Of a stretch of DNA of 64,000 nt, positions 40,688-53,100 are shown one piece after another. The DNA comes from Macrostomum lignano (taxonomy: Eukaryota): contig NIVC01003126.1 in the NCBI GenBank assembly GCA_002269645.1, positions 1-64,000 on the forward strand, written 5' to 3'. The translations under genes were made by a program, and so were the position numbers. Each line of letters starts with the position of its first letter. The first letter of the stretch is position 1. Under the pieces are notes generated by a model. It saw only the letters and a list, made by a program, of their open reading frames with translations. It was not told the DNA's origin and did not search any database.

Positions 40688-43600
40688 ATGTCTGCTCAAA
40701 CTTCACTACCAGTCGGAGCCGTGTTCGGCCTGGGCCGGGCCGGTCGGATCCACTTCGGCAACATCGCATCGCTTCGCCTTGCCCGAGTCAAATACGTCAT
40801 CGATGCCGACCCAAAGGCCGCGTCGGTGGCTGCAGCGGCAATTCTTGGCGGACAGACCGATGAGCTGCCAAAATTTCTGCTGCCAGAAGAAGAAGACCAA
40901 GCCATGGCCGATCCTGAGGTGACCTTCTGCGTCATCTGCTCGCCAACCATGACGCACGAAACGGCGCTGAGAAAGTGCATTAACAGCGGCAAGCAGATGT
41001 TCTGCGAGAAGCCCATAGCAACCAGTCTAGAAAGCATGAAGGAGGTGCACAAGCTGGCGGAGAACAAGGGACTGCTTCTGCACTGCAGCTTCAACAGGTT
41101 CGCTGATGGATTGACATGATGCTCTTGCGGTTGTTGTTGCAGAATTTGCTTTTTTGCATGTGTCTGACAGGTGATTCATGTGTCTAACAGGTGATTCATC
41201 TGTCTAAAAGGTGATTCATGTGTCTAACGAGTGATTCATGTGTCTAACAGGTGATTCATGTGTCTAACAGGTGATGAATGTGTCTAACAGGTGATTCATG
41301 TGTCTAACAGGTTATTCATGTGACTAACAGGTGATGAATGTGTCTAACAGGTGACTCATGTGTCTAACAGGTGATGAATGTGTCTAACAGGTTATTCATG
41401 TGTCTAACAGGTTATTCATGTGTCTAACGAGTGATTTATGTGTCTAACGAGAGATTCGTATGTGTCTAACAGGTGATTCATGTGTCTAACAGGTGATTCA
41501 TGTGTCTAACAGGTGACTCATGTGTCTAACAGGTGACTCATGTGTCTATCAGGTCACACCATTAGTCTAGCAACGTCAGCATGTACAGTTACTGTAGTAC
41601 TTCACTATAATTTTTGAAAAAATGAATTTTTTAAATCTTCAGGCGCTATGACCCGAGCTTCAGTCTGCTGAGGGATCGAATTCCGAACACCTGCGGCGAG
41701 GTGCACACTATTCGTACATGCAGTCGCGACAACCCCTATCCGAGTATTGAGTACCTGAGAACTAGCGGTATGTTTTGCCTTTTAACAATGTCCCGTGTTT
41801 TATCTTATCGCTAAAGTATTTTTAGCTTTTTGTCTTTTAGTGTGATTGACGCTCGTGACAGAAACACATCATTATTGGCAGAAAAGGTTAGATTAAAACG
41901 CACAGACACAATGGCTCGGATCCTTGCTGTCTCACGAACTATTCAAGCGCAATGCTAGAAAATAGCTAATAGAAAAGTATTCGTAAAGATAAAGGAACGA
42001 TAACCCAGTGAAGAATTGCCAGAGTGACAGAGTGACAGGTTGACAGAGTGACAGGTTGACAGAGTGACAGGTTGACAGAGTGACAGGTTGACAGAGTGAC
42101 AGGTTGACAGAGTGACAGGTTGACAGAGTGACAGGTTGACAGAGTGACAGGTTGACAGAGTGACAGGTTGACAGAGTGACAGGTTGACAGAGTGACAGGT
42201 TGACAGAGTGACAGGTTGACAGAGTGACAGGTTGACAGAGTGACAGGTTGACAGAGTGACAGGTTGACAGAGTGACAGGTTGACAGAGTGACAGGTTGAC
42301 AGAGTGACAGGTTGACAGAGTGACAGGTTGACAGAGTGACAGGTTGACAGAGTGACAGGTTGACAGAGTGACAGGTTGACAGAGTGACAGGTTGACAGAG
42401 TGACAGGTTGACAGAGTGACAGGTTGACAGAGTGACAGGTCGACAGAGTGGCAGGTTGACAGAGTGACAGGTTGACAGAGTGACAGGTTGACAGAGTGAC
42501 AGGTTGACAGAGTGACAGGTTGACAGAGTGACAGGTTGACAGAGTGACAGGTTGACAGAGTGACAGGTTGACAGAGTGACAGGTTGACAGAGTGACAGGT
42601 TGACAGAGTGACAGGTTGACGGAGTGACAGGTTGACAGAGTTACAGGTTGACAGAGTGACAGTGATAAATTAACGGAAGGAAAGTGTCAAAATGACTGTC
42701 AATATTGGTAAAAGAGGCAGAGAAAAGAAAGTTGGAAAGAAAATGGTTGAGGATCATTGATTGACACTTCTCACCATTTTTTTCACAAGGCGGAATTTTC
42801 CACGACTGCGGAGTGCACGACCTTGACATGGCCTGCTGGCTGGCTGGCGAGTGGCCCTCTACGGTTTTTGCCACCGCCGCTCGACACAACCCCCAGCTGA
42901 AGGACTTCAACGATCACGACACGGCCGTGATTGTGGTCAAATTTCCTAGCGGCGCGATTGGCATTATTGAGTTGGACAGGCGGTCAACTTATGGATATGA
43001 CCAGAGAATTGAGGCAAGTTTGAAGTCCTACATCCGGGGGCCCGTAGCCCAGTGGCCAGCGGCCCAAGCTCGATTCATTTGTTGTGCAGTCACATTAACG
43101 TCCTTGAGGGCTAACCCGATAAATAAAGTTAGGGGGCCGCTGTGCACTCCTGTGTGAGTGTGTGCCTGTGCGTATGACTGCGTACGCATCTGCGCGCCTG
43201 TGTGCCTGCTCAGGGGAGTCGGCGGAATGGGCAGTAATGCCTCTCGCCGGTTGTGTGACAATGTCGCTTAACCCTTAGATGCCGGGTGGCTAGCAGAGCT
43301 GACCATAGCCATAGAATAGAAGGTGACGAGGAAAAAAATTGGTAGTCTATGGCCAGTGAGGCGCAGAATTGCAGCTCCTTTCCTGCCGAATAAATAGCGC
43401 ACTCACTCAGTCTGTAGCACTCTGTAGCGACCACTAGAGCAACTTTCATGTACTAACAATGGCACAGAAAAAAGATGCAGTTTATTGTTGAATTAATTTC
43501 GAACTATACAGTTAAAGGGAAAGTTAAAGTTAAAGTTCAAGCAAAAGAAGATATTTGTCCAAAAGCAACAAAAAATTTATGATTTTGAGACGCAACTACA

Positions 43601-46332
43601 TGTACGCTCGTATAGTAGCATATAATAATACAGGGAACAGTATTGTGGTAGAGTGCCGCAGTTGGACATTTAATTATTTTTGTCTTAACATAAAGGTAAA
43701 AAATTAATAGTCAATGCCGAATACAAACGCGAATTATATAGTACGGCTGGTGAAAGGAGTTCTTTAATTCAGTGATTCACATGCCACCGTTCAAAGCAGG
43801 GACTTGGGCACAGTCCAGGTGCATTCGGACACGCACTGCAGCAGAACACGGTGCGCTTCGCAGTGCCGTTGCGGTAGCACACGCGGCATCGCTTCACCGG
43901 CCTCGGGCACGATTCCCTCGGAGGCAGCTTTGATGGAAAGTGCTGCTGAGCTGCGGCCGCCGCTGGTTGCCTAGCTGCCGTTCGCTGTCTTCCTGGTCCC
44001 GTGGAGTCAACCAGTAGGGTGATACAGCTCTCCAGGAATTTGAAGAACTGCAGCCGGCCATCGTGCTTTGAGTATACAACCCATGCATTGTGTACAAGCA
44101 GCAGGCAGAGATGAAACCCCAACTTATGAAACCACTTGTAGGTTTTGCGGCAGCTGTCGTACGGTTTCAGCATGGCATCGAGTCGGTCAACGCCTCCCAT
44201 GCAGCGGTTGTACAGCAGGTTCGAGGCGCTTTTCTGCACTTGCACAGCTTCACCATTCTTGCGAATTCGGTTCGTCGCTACTTTCTGAGCTGAGCCGTGG
44301 GTGTCGATCATGAAGAATGTTTTCAAGCCGCTTTCCTTGCGCTCCAGGATTTTCATGGCCAGCACTGGCAGCTTCCTCATGAAAACTACGTCATTCAACG
44401 GCACCTGCTGACTGCGCAATGCCAACGGCACTCCACGGTCGGCTCGAACAGTTGCTGTCAGCAGTGTGCTGCGTTCGTACAGAAAAGTCGCAAGCCGTAC
44501 TGAGGCAAACCACTTGTCGACGAAAAGGTGATAGCCGAAACCGAGCAGGTCCTTGCAAAGGTGCACTACGATTTTCTCGCTTAGAGACAGCTGGTCACAA
44601 CCGAGGTCGTCGCCAAAATGAGAGTTCTCTTCAGCAGTCGAATGTACTAGAAAGTTATACAGGTAGCCAGATGCAGACTCACAGGCGCAGTACATTTTAA
44701 TTCCAACTCTGGCTCTCTTCGATGGGATGTACTGCCTAAACTGAAGGCGCCCCTTGTACAGAATCAGAGACTCGTCGACGCTGACCTGCTGCTCCGGCTG
44801 GTACACGTTCGCGCAGAGCTGCTGAGCCAGACGGAGCAGCGGCCGAATCTTGTGCAGTGGGTCGTTCGAGGCGGGTGCTCGTGCATCGTAGAAACGAAGG
44901 AAGGCCAGCAGCTGCTTGAATCGGTCACGGGTCAAGCCATTGGGCGATTGAAAAAACGGAGTGCTGTGAATGACACTGGTGCTCCAGTAATCATGCAGTT
45001 CCGGCTTCCGTGAGATGCCCATGAACAGGTACATACCCAACAGCTTGGATATCTCACTGCGGTTTGTGTCCTTCCATGACTTCAGCAAGCTCGAAACATC
45101 TTCTCCATCATGTGTCGCCTGCTCATACTCAGCCCAAGCTTTTGCGTTTGTCCACTCCACGATCTTATCCAGCAGCTCATCGGTTAGAAACAGTCGTAGA
45201 AAATATTGGATGCCTTCACGGTCTTCGGGAAGGACAATGCTGGGGTTTACACCCGAAATTCCAGTGAAACTGGGGCCGTCTTCAACAATGTCTTCGCCTG
45301 GCTCCACAAACTGCCAATCGTCTTCTACTTCGCTGATAGTGACCGACTCAGACGACTCGGAGTTCTCCGCTATTCCAGCGTCACTTTCGGAGTCGGAAGT
45401 CAACAGAATATCCATATTTGGATTGATTTGAATTACATGAATAGAATTGTACAGAATTTGGCACAGCCCTTAATATACTAAAGCTGGACTGTCTATGGCC
45501 AGTCTTGTACAGTTTTGATAAGCGTGTGTGCAACCCATTCCAAATGTACATTCTCCTTCAACCCTAGATTAGACCAGCGATGGCTGGCTTATCGGCAGGA
45601 GTGGCAGTGCAATTCAGTTCACTGAAAACTTGAAATAGTCTATGGTCAGCTCTGCTGACCATGCCGGCAGGAACGGAGCTTTCTATTTAGGAATTCAGGC
45701 TTGAAAAGGTTAAAGTGCGCCAGGGTGCACACGGACGTTAATGTTTTGTCTAACTTTGCATTTCCAGCTTGTGAAGTTGTCCCAGTGACACAGTGTCACA
45801 GTGAATCGTGAATCTAACTGATTAAATCAGAGGTTATTTTTGTCAATTCCAATCCATTCGCCAGGTGCACGGTGCTCAGGGCATGATCGCGTCGAATAAC
45901 GTCTGCGACCGGGCGGTGACATCTTCGACAGCTGCTGGGGTGAACAGCGCCAACATTCAGTACTCGTTCCCGCAGCGCTACGCTGAGGGCTACGTTAATT
46001 CGATGCGCAGCTTTCTGAGCCGGATTTCCGGTGGGTTTGGCTTAGACATCAGGGTATTAGTTATTATCAATTTATCAATCATAAAATCGGGCAATAAATC
46101 AACCAGTAATTCAGATAATAAATAAATACGTAAATAAATCAATTAATCAACCTATCAATTAATCAATCAGTTAGGTACTCCATCAATTAATCAATCATAA
46201 AATCTATCAATAAATCAATAAATCAATCAATCAATCCATCAATTAATAAATCAATAAATCAACCAATCAGTTAGTTAATCAGTCAATTAATCAATCAACT
46301 AATCAATCAATCAATCAATCAATCAATCAACA

Positions 46333-46391
<59 letters not shown>

Positions 46392-46568
46392 TAATCAATC
46401 AATCAGTAAATCAACCAATCAATTAATCAGTCAATTAATCAATCAACCAACCAATCAATCAATCAATCAACCAATCAATCAACCAATCAATCAATTAATC
46501 AATAAATTAATCAATTAATCAATAAATCAACCAATCAGTTTGTTAATCAGTCAATTAATCAATCAACA

Positions 46569-46607
<39 letters not shown>

Positions 46608-46668
46608 TAATCAATTAATCAATAAATCAACCAATCAGTTAGTTAATCAGTCAATTAATCAATCAACA

Positions 46669-46701
<33 letters not shown>

Positions 46702-46778
46702 GTCAATCAATCAATAAATCAATCAATCAATCAATCGGTCAATCAACCAATCAATTAATCAATCAACCAATCAATCAA

Positions 46779-46871
<93 letters not shown>

Positions 46872-47144
46872 TAATCAATCAATCAGTAAATCAACCAATC
46901 AATTAATGAATCAATTAATCAACCAACCAATCAAGCAATTAATTAATCAATCAATCAAGTCAATGAGATCAATCAATCAAATCAATGACATCAATCAATC
47001 AATCTCAAATCAACAGGCTCCGACGAGAACGCGATGATAGTAACACCAATTGAGTCGCTCAACGTGAGCACTCTGGCGGACGCTTGCGAGAAGAGCCTGG
47101 AGACGGGCGCCCCAGTTAAATTCCAGCCAATCAATACTTTGTAG
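40688..47144 (+). CDS. Myo-inositol 2-dehydrogenase-like oxidoreductase (Gfo/Idh/MocA family), 5 exons, 350 aa
   Basis: Exons 40688-41097, 41643-41767, 42790-43013, 45865-46030, 47017-47144 (total 1053 nt). Rossmann GLGRAG, CEKP, FNRRYDP, SRD, GGIFHDCGVHDLD and YGYDQRIE|VHG motifs are typical of IolG-like enzymes. Intron 3 is GC-AG. Confidence 0.9.
41155..41555. repeat. 20-bp minisatellite (tgtctaacaggtgattcatg) in dehydrogenase intron 1
   Basis: About 20 units. Confidence 0.94.
42020..42660. repeat. 16-bp minisatellite (gacagagtgacaggtt) in dehydrogenase intron 2
   Basis: About 40 near-identical units. Confidence 0.97.
43036..43271 (+). mobile_element. SINE family B, copy 3, interrupted at its TTAA by the piggyBac (continues at 45710-45735)
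   Basis: Head gggggcccgTAGCCCAGTGG...GCTCGATTC; body matches 11940-12040; ends gacaatgtcgcTTAA and resumes TTAAagtgcgcc after the transposon. Confidence 0.75.
43272..45709 (-). mobile_element. Full-length piggyBac DNA transposon
   Basis: TTAA TSD (43268-43271, 45710-45713); CCYT-type ends (cccttagatgcc / ggcttgaaaagg); perfect 17-bp subterminal inverted repeat (43292-43308 / 45640-45656); intact transposase. Confidence 0.93.
43769..45415 (-). CDS. piggyBac transposase (PGBD4-like), 548 aa
   Basis: VDESL, VDKWF and GGVDRLD catalytic-Asp motifs, GRLQFRQYIPSKRARVGIK, and a C-terminal Cys-rich domain (CRVC...CSAC...LCPSPCFERWH). Confidence 0.95.
   Translation of the reverse strand: MDILLTSDSESDAGIAENSESSESVTISEVEDDWQFVEPGEDIVEDGPSFTGISGVNPSIVLPEDREGIQYFLRLFLTDELLDKIVEWTNAKAWAEYEQATHDGEDVSSLLKSWKDTNRSEISKLLGMYLFMGISRKPELHDYWSTSVIHSTPFFQSPNGLTRDRFKQLLAFLRFYDARAPASNDPLHKIRPLLRLAQQLCANVYQPEQQVSVDESLILYKGRLQFRQYIPSKRARVGIKMYCACESASGYLYNFLVHSTAEENSHFGDDLGCDQLSLSEKIVVHLCKDLLGFGYHLFVDKWFASVRLATFLYERSTLLTATVRADRGVPLALRSQQVPLNDVVFMRKLPVLAMKILERKESGLKTFFMIDTHGSAQKVATNRIRKNGEAVQVQKSASNLLYNRCMGGVDRLDAMLKPYDSCRKTYKWFHKLGFHLCLLLVHNAWVVYSKHDGRLQFFKFLESCITLLVDSTGPGRQRTAARQPAAAAAQQHFPSKLPPRESCPRPVKRCRVCYRNGTAKRTVFCCSACPNAPGLCPSPCFERWHVNH
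46100..47010. repeat. Degenerate (TCAA)n microsatellite filling dehydrogenase intron 4
   Basis: Runs right up to the acceptor tcaaatcaacag. Confidence 0.96.
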
Positions 47145-47797
47145 AAGATGGCAGTTGTTGGATCTTCATGAAAAATTGACTGATCAATGAGATGCGTTTT
47201 TTATTTAGTCCGTGTCAGAATTAGCACGAATAGTAATGAAGAGCCTGATAATGTTCAGAAATAGAAGAATTTTTCTACTTGATTTAATCTAGCGAACCAT
47301 TATTTTTTAGAAGCCATTGAATTGCATTAAATTAAATCCTTTATATATGTAGGTTTCAACCAATATTCAATTAGATTAGCGCAATTGTTCGTGTTTTAAG
47401 GATTCAGTTTTACTTGCCCTCAAGTATTATTTATGCTTTCTTTGCTAGTATATTTCTGATTTATGGGTTTCTAAATTTTATGTATAATAATTTTAAAATA
47501 CATTTTATCATTATTCTGCCATGCTTACAAAATAATTTGTAGGACTCTGAATAGGCTAGGGCGCAAACTTTTATATCTTAAAATCGCACCTGAGTTTTCA
47601 TCACCTCTTCTTTTACTCTTAGTAGGCTAGTTCTGCGTTTTTATTCTTTATTTATTCTGAGATCAATTTCTTAAACTTTTATGACAAGGGTCGGCAAACT
47701 CCGGCCCGAGGGTCACGTGCGGCCCGCAAAGCCTCTCTATCCGGCCCTCGGTTCCTTTGAAACTTCACAATAGAAATCCGGCCCGCTCAAGGTTTGT

Positions 47798-48508
47798 GTC
47801 TCCTCTCCTCTCTTGTTCTCTCCTCTCCCTTCTCTCCTCTCCTCTCCTCTCCCTTCTCTCCTCTCCCTTCTCTCCTCTCCCTTCTCTCCTCTCCCTTCTC
47901 TCCTCTCCCTTCTCTCCTCTCCCTTCTCTCCTCTCCCTTCTCTCCTCTCCCTTCTCTCCTCTCGTCTCCTCTCCTCTCTTGTTCTCTCCTCTCCCTTCTC
48001 TCCTCTCCTCTCCTCTCCCTTCTCTCCTCTCCCTTCTCTCCTCTCCCTTCTCTCCTCTCCCTTCTCTCCTCTCCCTTCTCTCCACTCCCTTCTCGCCTCT
48101 CGTCTCCTCTCCTCTCTTGTTCTCTCCTCTCCCTTCTCTCCTCTCCTCTCCTCTCCCTTCTCTCCTCTCCCTTCTCTCCTCTCCCTTCTCTCCTCTCCCT
48201 TCTCTCCTCTCCCTTCTCTCCTCTCCCTTCTCGCCTCTCGTCTCGTCTCCTCTCGTCTTGTCTCCTTTCCTCTCGTCTCCTCTCCTCTCGTCTCCTCTCG
48301 TCTCGTCTCCTCTCCTCTCCTCTCGTCTCCTCTCCTCTCGTCTCCTCTCCTCTGGTCTCCTCTCCTCTCGTCTCCTCTCCTCTCCTCTCCTCTCCTCTCC
48401 TCTCCTCTCCTCTCCTCTCGTCTCCTCTCCTCTCCTCTCCTCTCGTCTCCTCTCCTCTCGTCTCCTCTCCTCTCGTCTCCTCTCCTCTCCTCTCCTCTCC
48501 TCTCCTCT
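47798..48508. repeat. (CTCCT/CTCGT)n microsatellite, left part (continues at 59470-59838 and 60845-61620)
   Basis: Same pentamer family on both sides of the LTR element and of the LINE fragment. Confidence 0.95.
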
Positions 48509-49797
48509 TGATGTGTTCCTTATTACCAGTCCTCAACTGTAATCAAGGAACAATCACTTCTAGCTCTGTAGCTAGGCAACCCAGTAATCAAATGAAGGTA
48601 TTCAATTACCTTTAATCCGGATTCTTAGATTTCGTTCTTGAGTCGTTCTCAACTGTAGATCTCTCAGTAGATCTTGTAGACTTCTAGACGTCTTCAGGTG
48701 TCGATCGGGTCCGAGTTTCCTTCTTCTTTCCTTTAGAAGTATTTCCGGCCGGAATCTGTCGTTCGGACCAATAGGAAGCTTCCAAATTAACAATGGGGAT
48801 CCCTGCGCCAAACTGCGGTTTAATATAAGCCTACTCCTTCTAGTAGTGCCTCTATGCACTCTAGGTATGGCTCCGGAAACCACTGATAGTCTTCTAAGAT
48901 CTATCAGGGGCAGTCCTTCTGGAGACTGCAACCAGTAGAGTCTAAACAGACTCAGGAGTCTCAACAGACTCACTATAAACTCAAGTCACTCTTGGACTTG
49001 AGCGAGACGTCTCAACCAACAGGCGCAAATGAGTAAGGCTTACCGCAAGAACTCGACCACGTCTTCGAGTTGCTTCAGGAAGTCTGCTGCAGATCTTCCT
49101 CTTCGGAGCTTTCTCTCTCGGAGATTGTGGCTCCGGGTCCGTTCCGGACCACTTGTATTTATAGGCAAATGGACCCCCATGAGGTCACGTGGGTCCAACT
49201 CTTCAGCTGTCAAAAAGGTCACGGTTTGGCTGCTGTCAAACTTGGCAGGGTAGAAAGTTACTCCATTGGTTCAGTGTAAAAGCGCGTGATTGGTCATCGC
49301 ATTCGAGTTATTTTTAGTTACATTTGATTGGTTCACGTGCGTACGGTTGAATGATGCATCTCTCCTGGGGTTTGCGTTCGACACGTACAGGTTACACGTG
49401 ATTGGGTGATTTCTAAATTTAGCATGCTCAAGGTCTCTCTTTTTCTATTGGTTAGTCAGCATATACTTATAATTCAAAGCATACCTTTATTCATGCTCTT
49501 CAACTTACTACTAAATAAAATGTGTGAGTAGTACGTTAACACTTTTATGTCTTTTTTACGAAAGGTAGAACACTCTACAAAATCTCCCATGTTTACAAAA
49601 AACCCGTCCCGAGTTTTAAATAGAGGATTGAAACGCATAAAAGGTTCAAGCATGTCTTTATAATAATCATTTGTCACAAGTGTTACAGGTATTTAGTAAT
49701 GGGTAGTTAAGAGCATTGGTTATAAAAGTTATTTAAAGGTAAGTATACGCATGCAAATAAAATGTTTTTGGTTACAGTATTGACATGTGCGCCAAGA

Positions 49798-50010
49798 CTA
49801 ACAATAGGCGCACTGCCGCAAGCTACTTCTACCTATCGGGCAATTCTGCCAGAGCTGAATATAATGTGAGTCGCTTAAATATTGTCTGCATATGCGATGT
49901 CTGTTTTCACAAATAATTGGTGGCTTGACAGCCAAGTCATCAGTTAAACATATTGGGCATTCGTAGAGTTGCTGTAGTTGGGGCGCCTGTTTGGACAGTG
50001 CGTTGCCCAT
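49798..50010 (-). CDS. Accessory ORF of the LTR element: 70-aa protein with an N-myristoylation motif and a degenerate RING finger
   Basis: First ATG in good context (acaATGg). MGNALSK fits MGxxxS/K. CPIC-x12-CENRHRICRQY-x12-CPIG has RING (SINA-like) ligand spacing, with ligands 6 and 8 encoded by TAT and GGT, each one base from TGT. Confidence 0.65.
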   Translation of the reverse strand: MGNALSKQAPQLQQLYECPICLTDDLAVKPPIICENRHRICRQYLSDSHYIQLWQNCPIGRSSLRQCAYC

Positions 50011-50121
50011 TGTCGTCGTCGCTTGAAGTTTGAAGTCGCTCAGATTAGTCGCCTCTTGCGACAAGCTTGCGAAGCTGTAGAGCTATTCTGACCCGGTCTC
50101 TACACGGGTTGTTTTCGCAAC

Positions 50122-53100
50122 TTAACGAGGTCGCAGATTGTAGCCGTGTTGCTGTTTCTCGGTTGATGTTTGTGTCTCCTCGTGTTTTGTTGCGATGTGG
50201 CGGTTCGCCGAACGCGTGCGATCAGCGTTGTCTAGTGACGGTAAAAACGTTGTCATGTCAGTGTTGATCTTCTTTAGTCGATGAATGTGCACGTAGAATT
50301 GGTGCTGATGAGGATCTTGCACATTGGCCAGGCGTGCCGTTGTCGGTGACGTTAGTTGGACCACTCGATATGGTCCTTTGTATTTCTGTGCGTGTTTGTG
50401 CGTTTGTTGCGGCGGATAGTGCAGGTAGACGATGTCGCCGGCTGTCAGAGTTGTCGATCTCGTGTCGGTGCCGGTGGTTAGAGCCACCTGATTGTCGATG
50501 TTGTGCTTGGCTACTTTCCATGCGAGGTGTAGTTGCGTGACGAACTTTTGAATGGACGTCGGGACTTCCACATATTGCGATGGTAGTAGTTGCTGTGCCA
50601 ATAGGTTTGGTGGTTGGAAGTCTCGTCCAAACATTAGAAAGAATGGCGTATTGTCCGTCGATCTATGAATAGCGCTGTTGTAGGCCATTGTTACGGATTG
50701 TAGGTAGATGATCCAGTCTTCCGGCTGTTGATGCGCGAAGTGCGTGATCATCTCATGCAGATTACGATGAAACCGTTCAACCATGTTTGCTTTCGGATTG
50801 TAGGTCGACGTGTAGATCTGCGTGATGTTGAGTATCTTCACAACTTGCTGAAACAGTTGAGATACAAATTGTGATCCATTGTCCGACGTGAGATTCTTCG
50901 GTGAGCCGTACTTGCAAATAATGTCGTTGAAGAAACACATTGCCACCGTTTGAGCTGTGATGTCCGGTATCGGTATAGCGATAGCAAACTTCGAGAAAAT
51001 ATCCAAGGCGGTTAGGATGTAGGTGTAGGCGATGCCCTGGAGACAGCTCGGTGGTAGTGGTCCGGTGATGTCGATGCTGAGACAGTCCATAGTTGTTGAC
51101 TTCGGAATGGACTGTAGCTGTGGCTTCTGTCGTCGTCCCGTCTTTGATGCTGCGCATGAGTGGCAGTTGTTGCAATACTGCTTGATGTCGCCGTACATGC
51201 TTGGCCAAAAGTAGTATTGCTCCACTCTTGCAATGGTTTTGGCTGCCGACAGGTGTCCAGCGAGTGGATTGTCGTGCAGTTCGTTGAGAATTGCCTGCCT
51301 AAACGAATATGGCATGTAGATTTTAGGTTTGTTGTCACTCATCCAGTAGAGTCGTGACTTGTTGATTGTTAAATGTTGTCGCTGCTTGCGCAGGAATTTT
51401 CGTTCCACGGGGCTGAGCTTGATGTCCTTGTCGTTGTTTTTAATTGCTTGGTAGAAGTAGTCGTTCTCGGTTTCATCCATCAACTCCTTGATGTTAGGAA
51501 TTGGATGAATGGCGTTGACTTCGTAGGTTCTTGACAGAGCGTCCGCAGCCTTGTTAGTAATTCCTGGTTTGTAGACGAGTTTGTAGTTGTAGTCCTGGAT
51601 CTTGAGTGTCATCCTGATGAGTCGGTTGTTTGTTTGTCCTTTTGTAGTTACGACGTAGGTCAGCGGTGCGTGATCTGTGCGTACTATCGTCTGTAATGGA
51701 GATCCATAGATGTAGTAGTGAAACTGTCGTAGAGCGAACAGAACTCCTAGTAGTTCTCGTTCCGTAGCTGACCATTTTGTCTCATTCGGTTTAAGTGCTC
51801 GACTGACGTAGGCTATAGGTCGTTCCTTTTTGTCTTCAGTTTCCTGTAGTAGGACTGCTCCGAGTCCCGTTCCTGAGGCGTCTGTCTCGATGATGAAGGG
51901 TTTGTCGAAGTCCGGATGCTGTAGCAGTGCGTCTGATGTCAGCTGCCGTTTGATTTCGTCAAAACTTTCTTGTTGCTTTTGTGTCCAATTCTCTTGTTTC
52001 CACTTGTCGAACTTGAGCAGGTCGTACAGCGGTTTTGCTGTCTTCGCGAAGTTCGGTAAGAACTTTCGGAAGTATTGCGCTAGTCCAAGAAACGATTGGA
52101 CCTTTGTTATGCTAGTTGGCGTAGGAAACTTTTTTACTTTCTCCACGTTGTCTGGGTCCGGTGAAATTCCTTTGGCTGTCACTTGGTGTCCTAGGTAACG
52201 TACGTTGTCTCGGAAGAATTTGCATTTCGTTGGTTGCAGCTTAAGACCTTGGCGTTGAATGAGCGCTAGTGCCTTCTCCGTAGCTTCATAGAGTCGTTGG
52301 AAGTCTTCTCCGTAGGCCAAGATGTCGTCGACATAGTGCAACAGGTTCGTGCATCCTGCAAGCATGTATGCCGTTAGTCGGCTCATTGTTGCTGGGCTGT
52401 TGCTGAGTCCCATTGGCGATCGGTTGTACTCGTAGACTTGTCCATTGTAGGTCTTGAAAGCCGTGTACTGTCGTGATTCTTTCTCGATTTCAATTTGCCA
52501 AAATCCATGACGTAGGTCGAACACCGTGAACAATTTTGCTGTGTTGAGCTTCGCTAGTAGCTCGGAGATCTTTGGTAGGCTTTGCTGATCCGTCGGTATA
52601 TACTTGTTCAGCAGTCTGAAGTCGCATACCAGTCGTCTTTCGTTAGTCTCCTTCTTTTGTACCAGTAGGCACGGTGAGGAGTAGGCTGAAATTGCTTTGC
52701 TGATGATGCCGTGCTTTAGCATTTTATCGATAATTTCGTCAAAGTGTTGTTGCAGATGCTTGGCAATCGGGTACGGCTTGCACTGAATTGGTTCCGTGTG
52801 TGGTAGAAGCTTGATTTCTTGTTTAATGTCTTTAGCGCGTCCGATGTCGTAATCATGATGGCAGAAGGCTTCGTTGTACTTCCACAACAGTTGTCGAACT
52901 TTCTTCTTTTGTTGTTCCGTGATCGGGCTGTCGTCCAAGTTGATTTTCTTTTGAAATTCTTCTTCTGTTAGTCGTGGAGTCGCGTGCTCAATCAGCATAA
53001 CTGATGCTTGAGTATTAAGATGACCGATGCACATTCCTTGTCGTAGATGAACCATTTCCGCGTTTGGGTTAAAGATTTGTACTGGCAGCTGCGTATCTTT

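Noticed and set aside
48602-49279. Small ORFs within the LTRs (repeated at 58492-59169 and in the solo LTR)
   Set aside because: They mostly begin at non-ATG codons, are not preserved in frame in the solo LTR, and have no recognisable domain.
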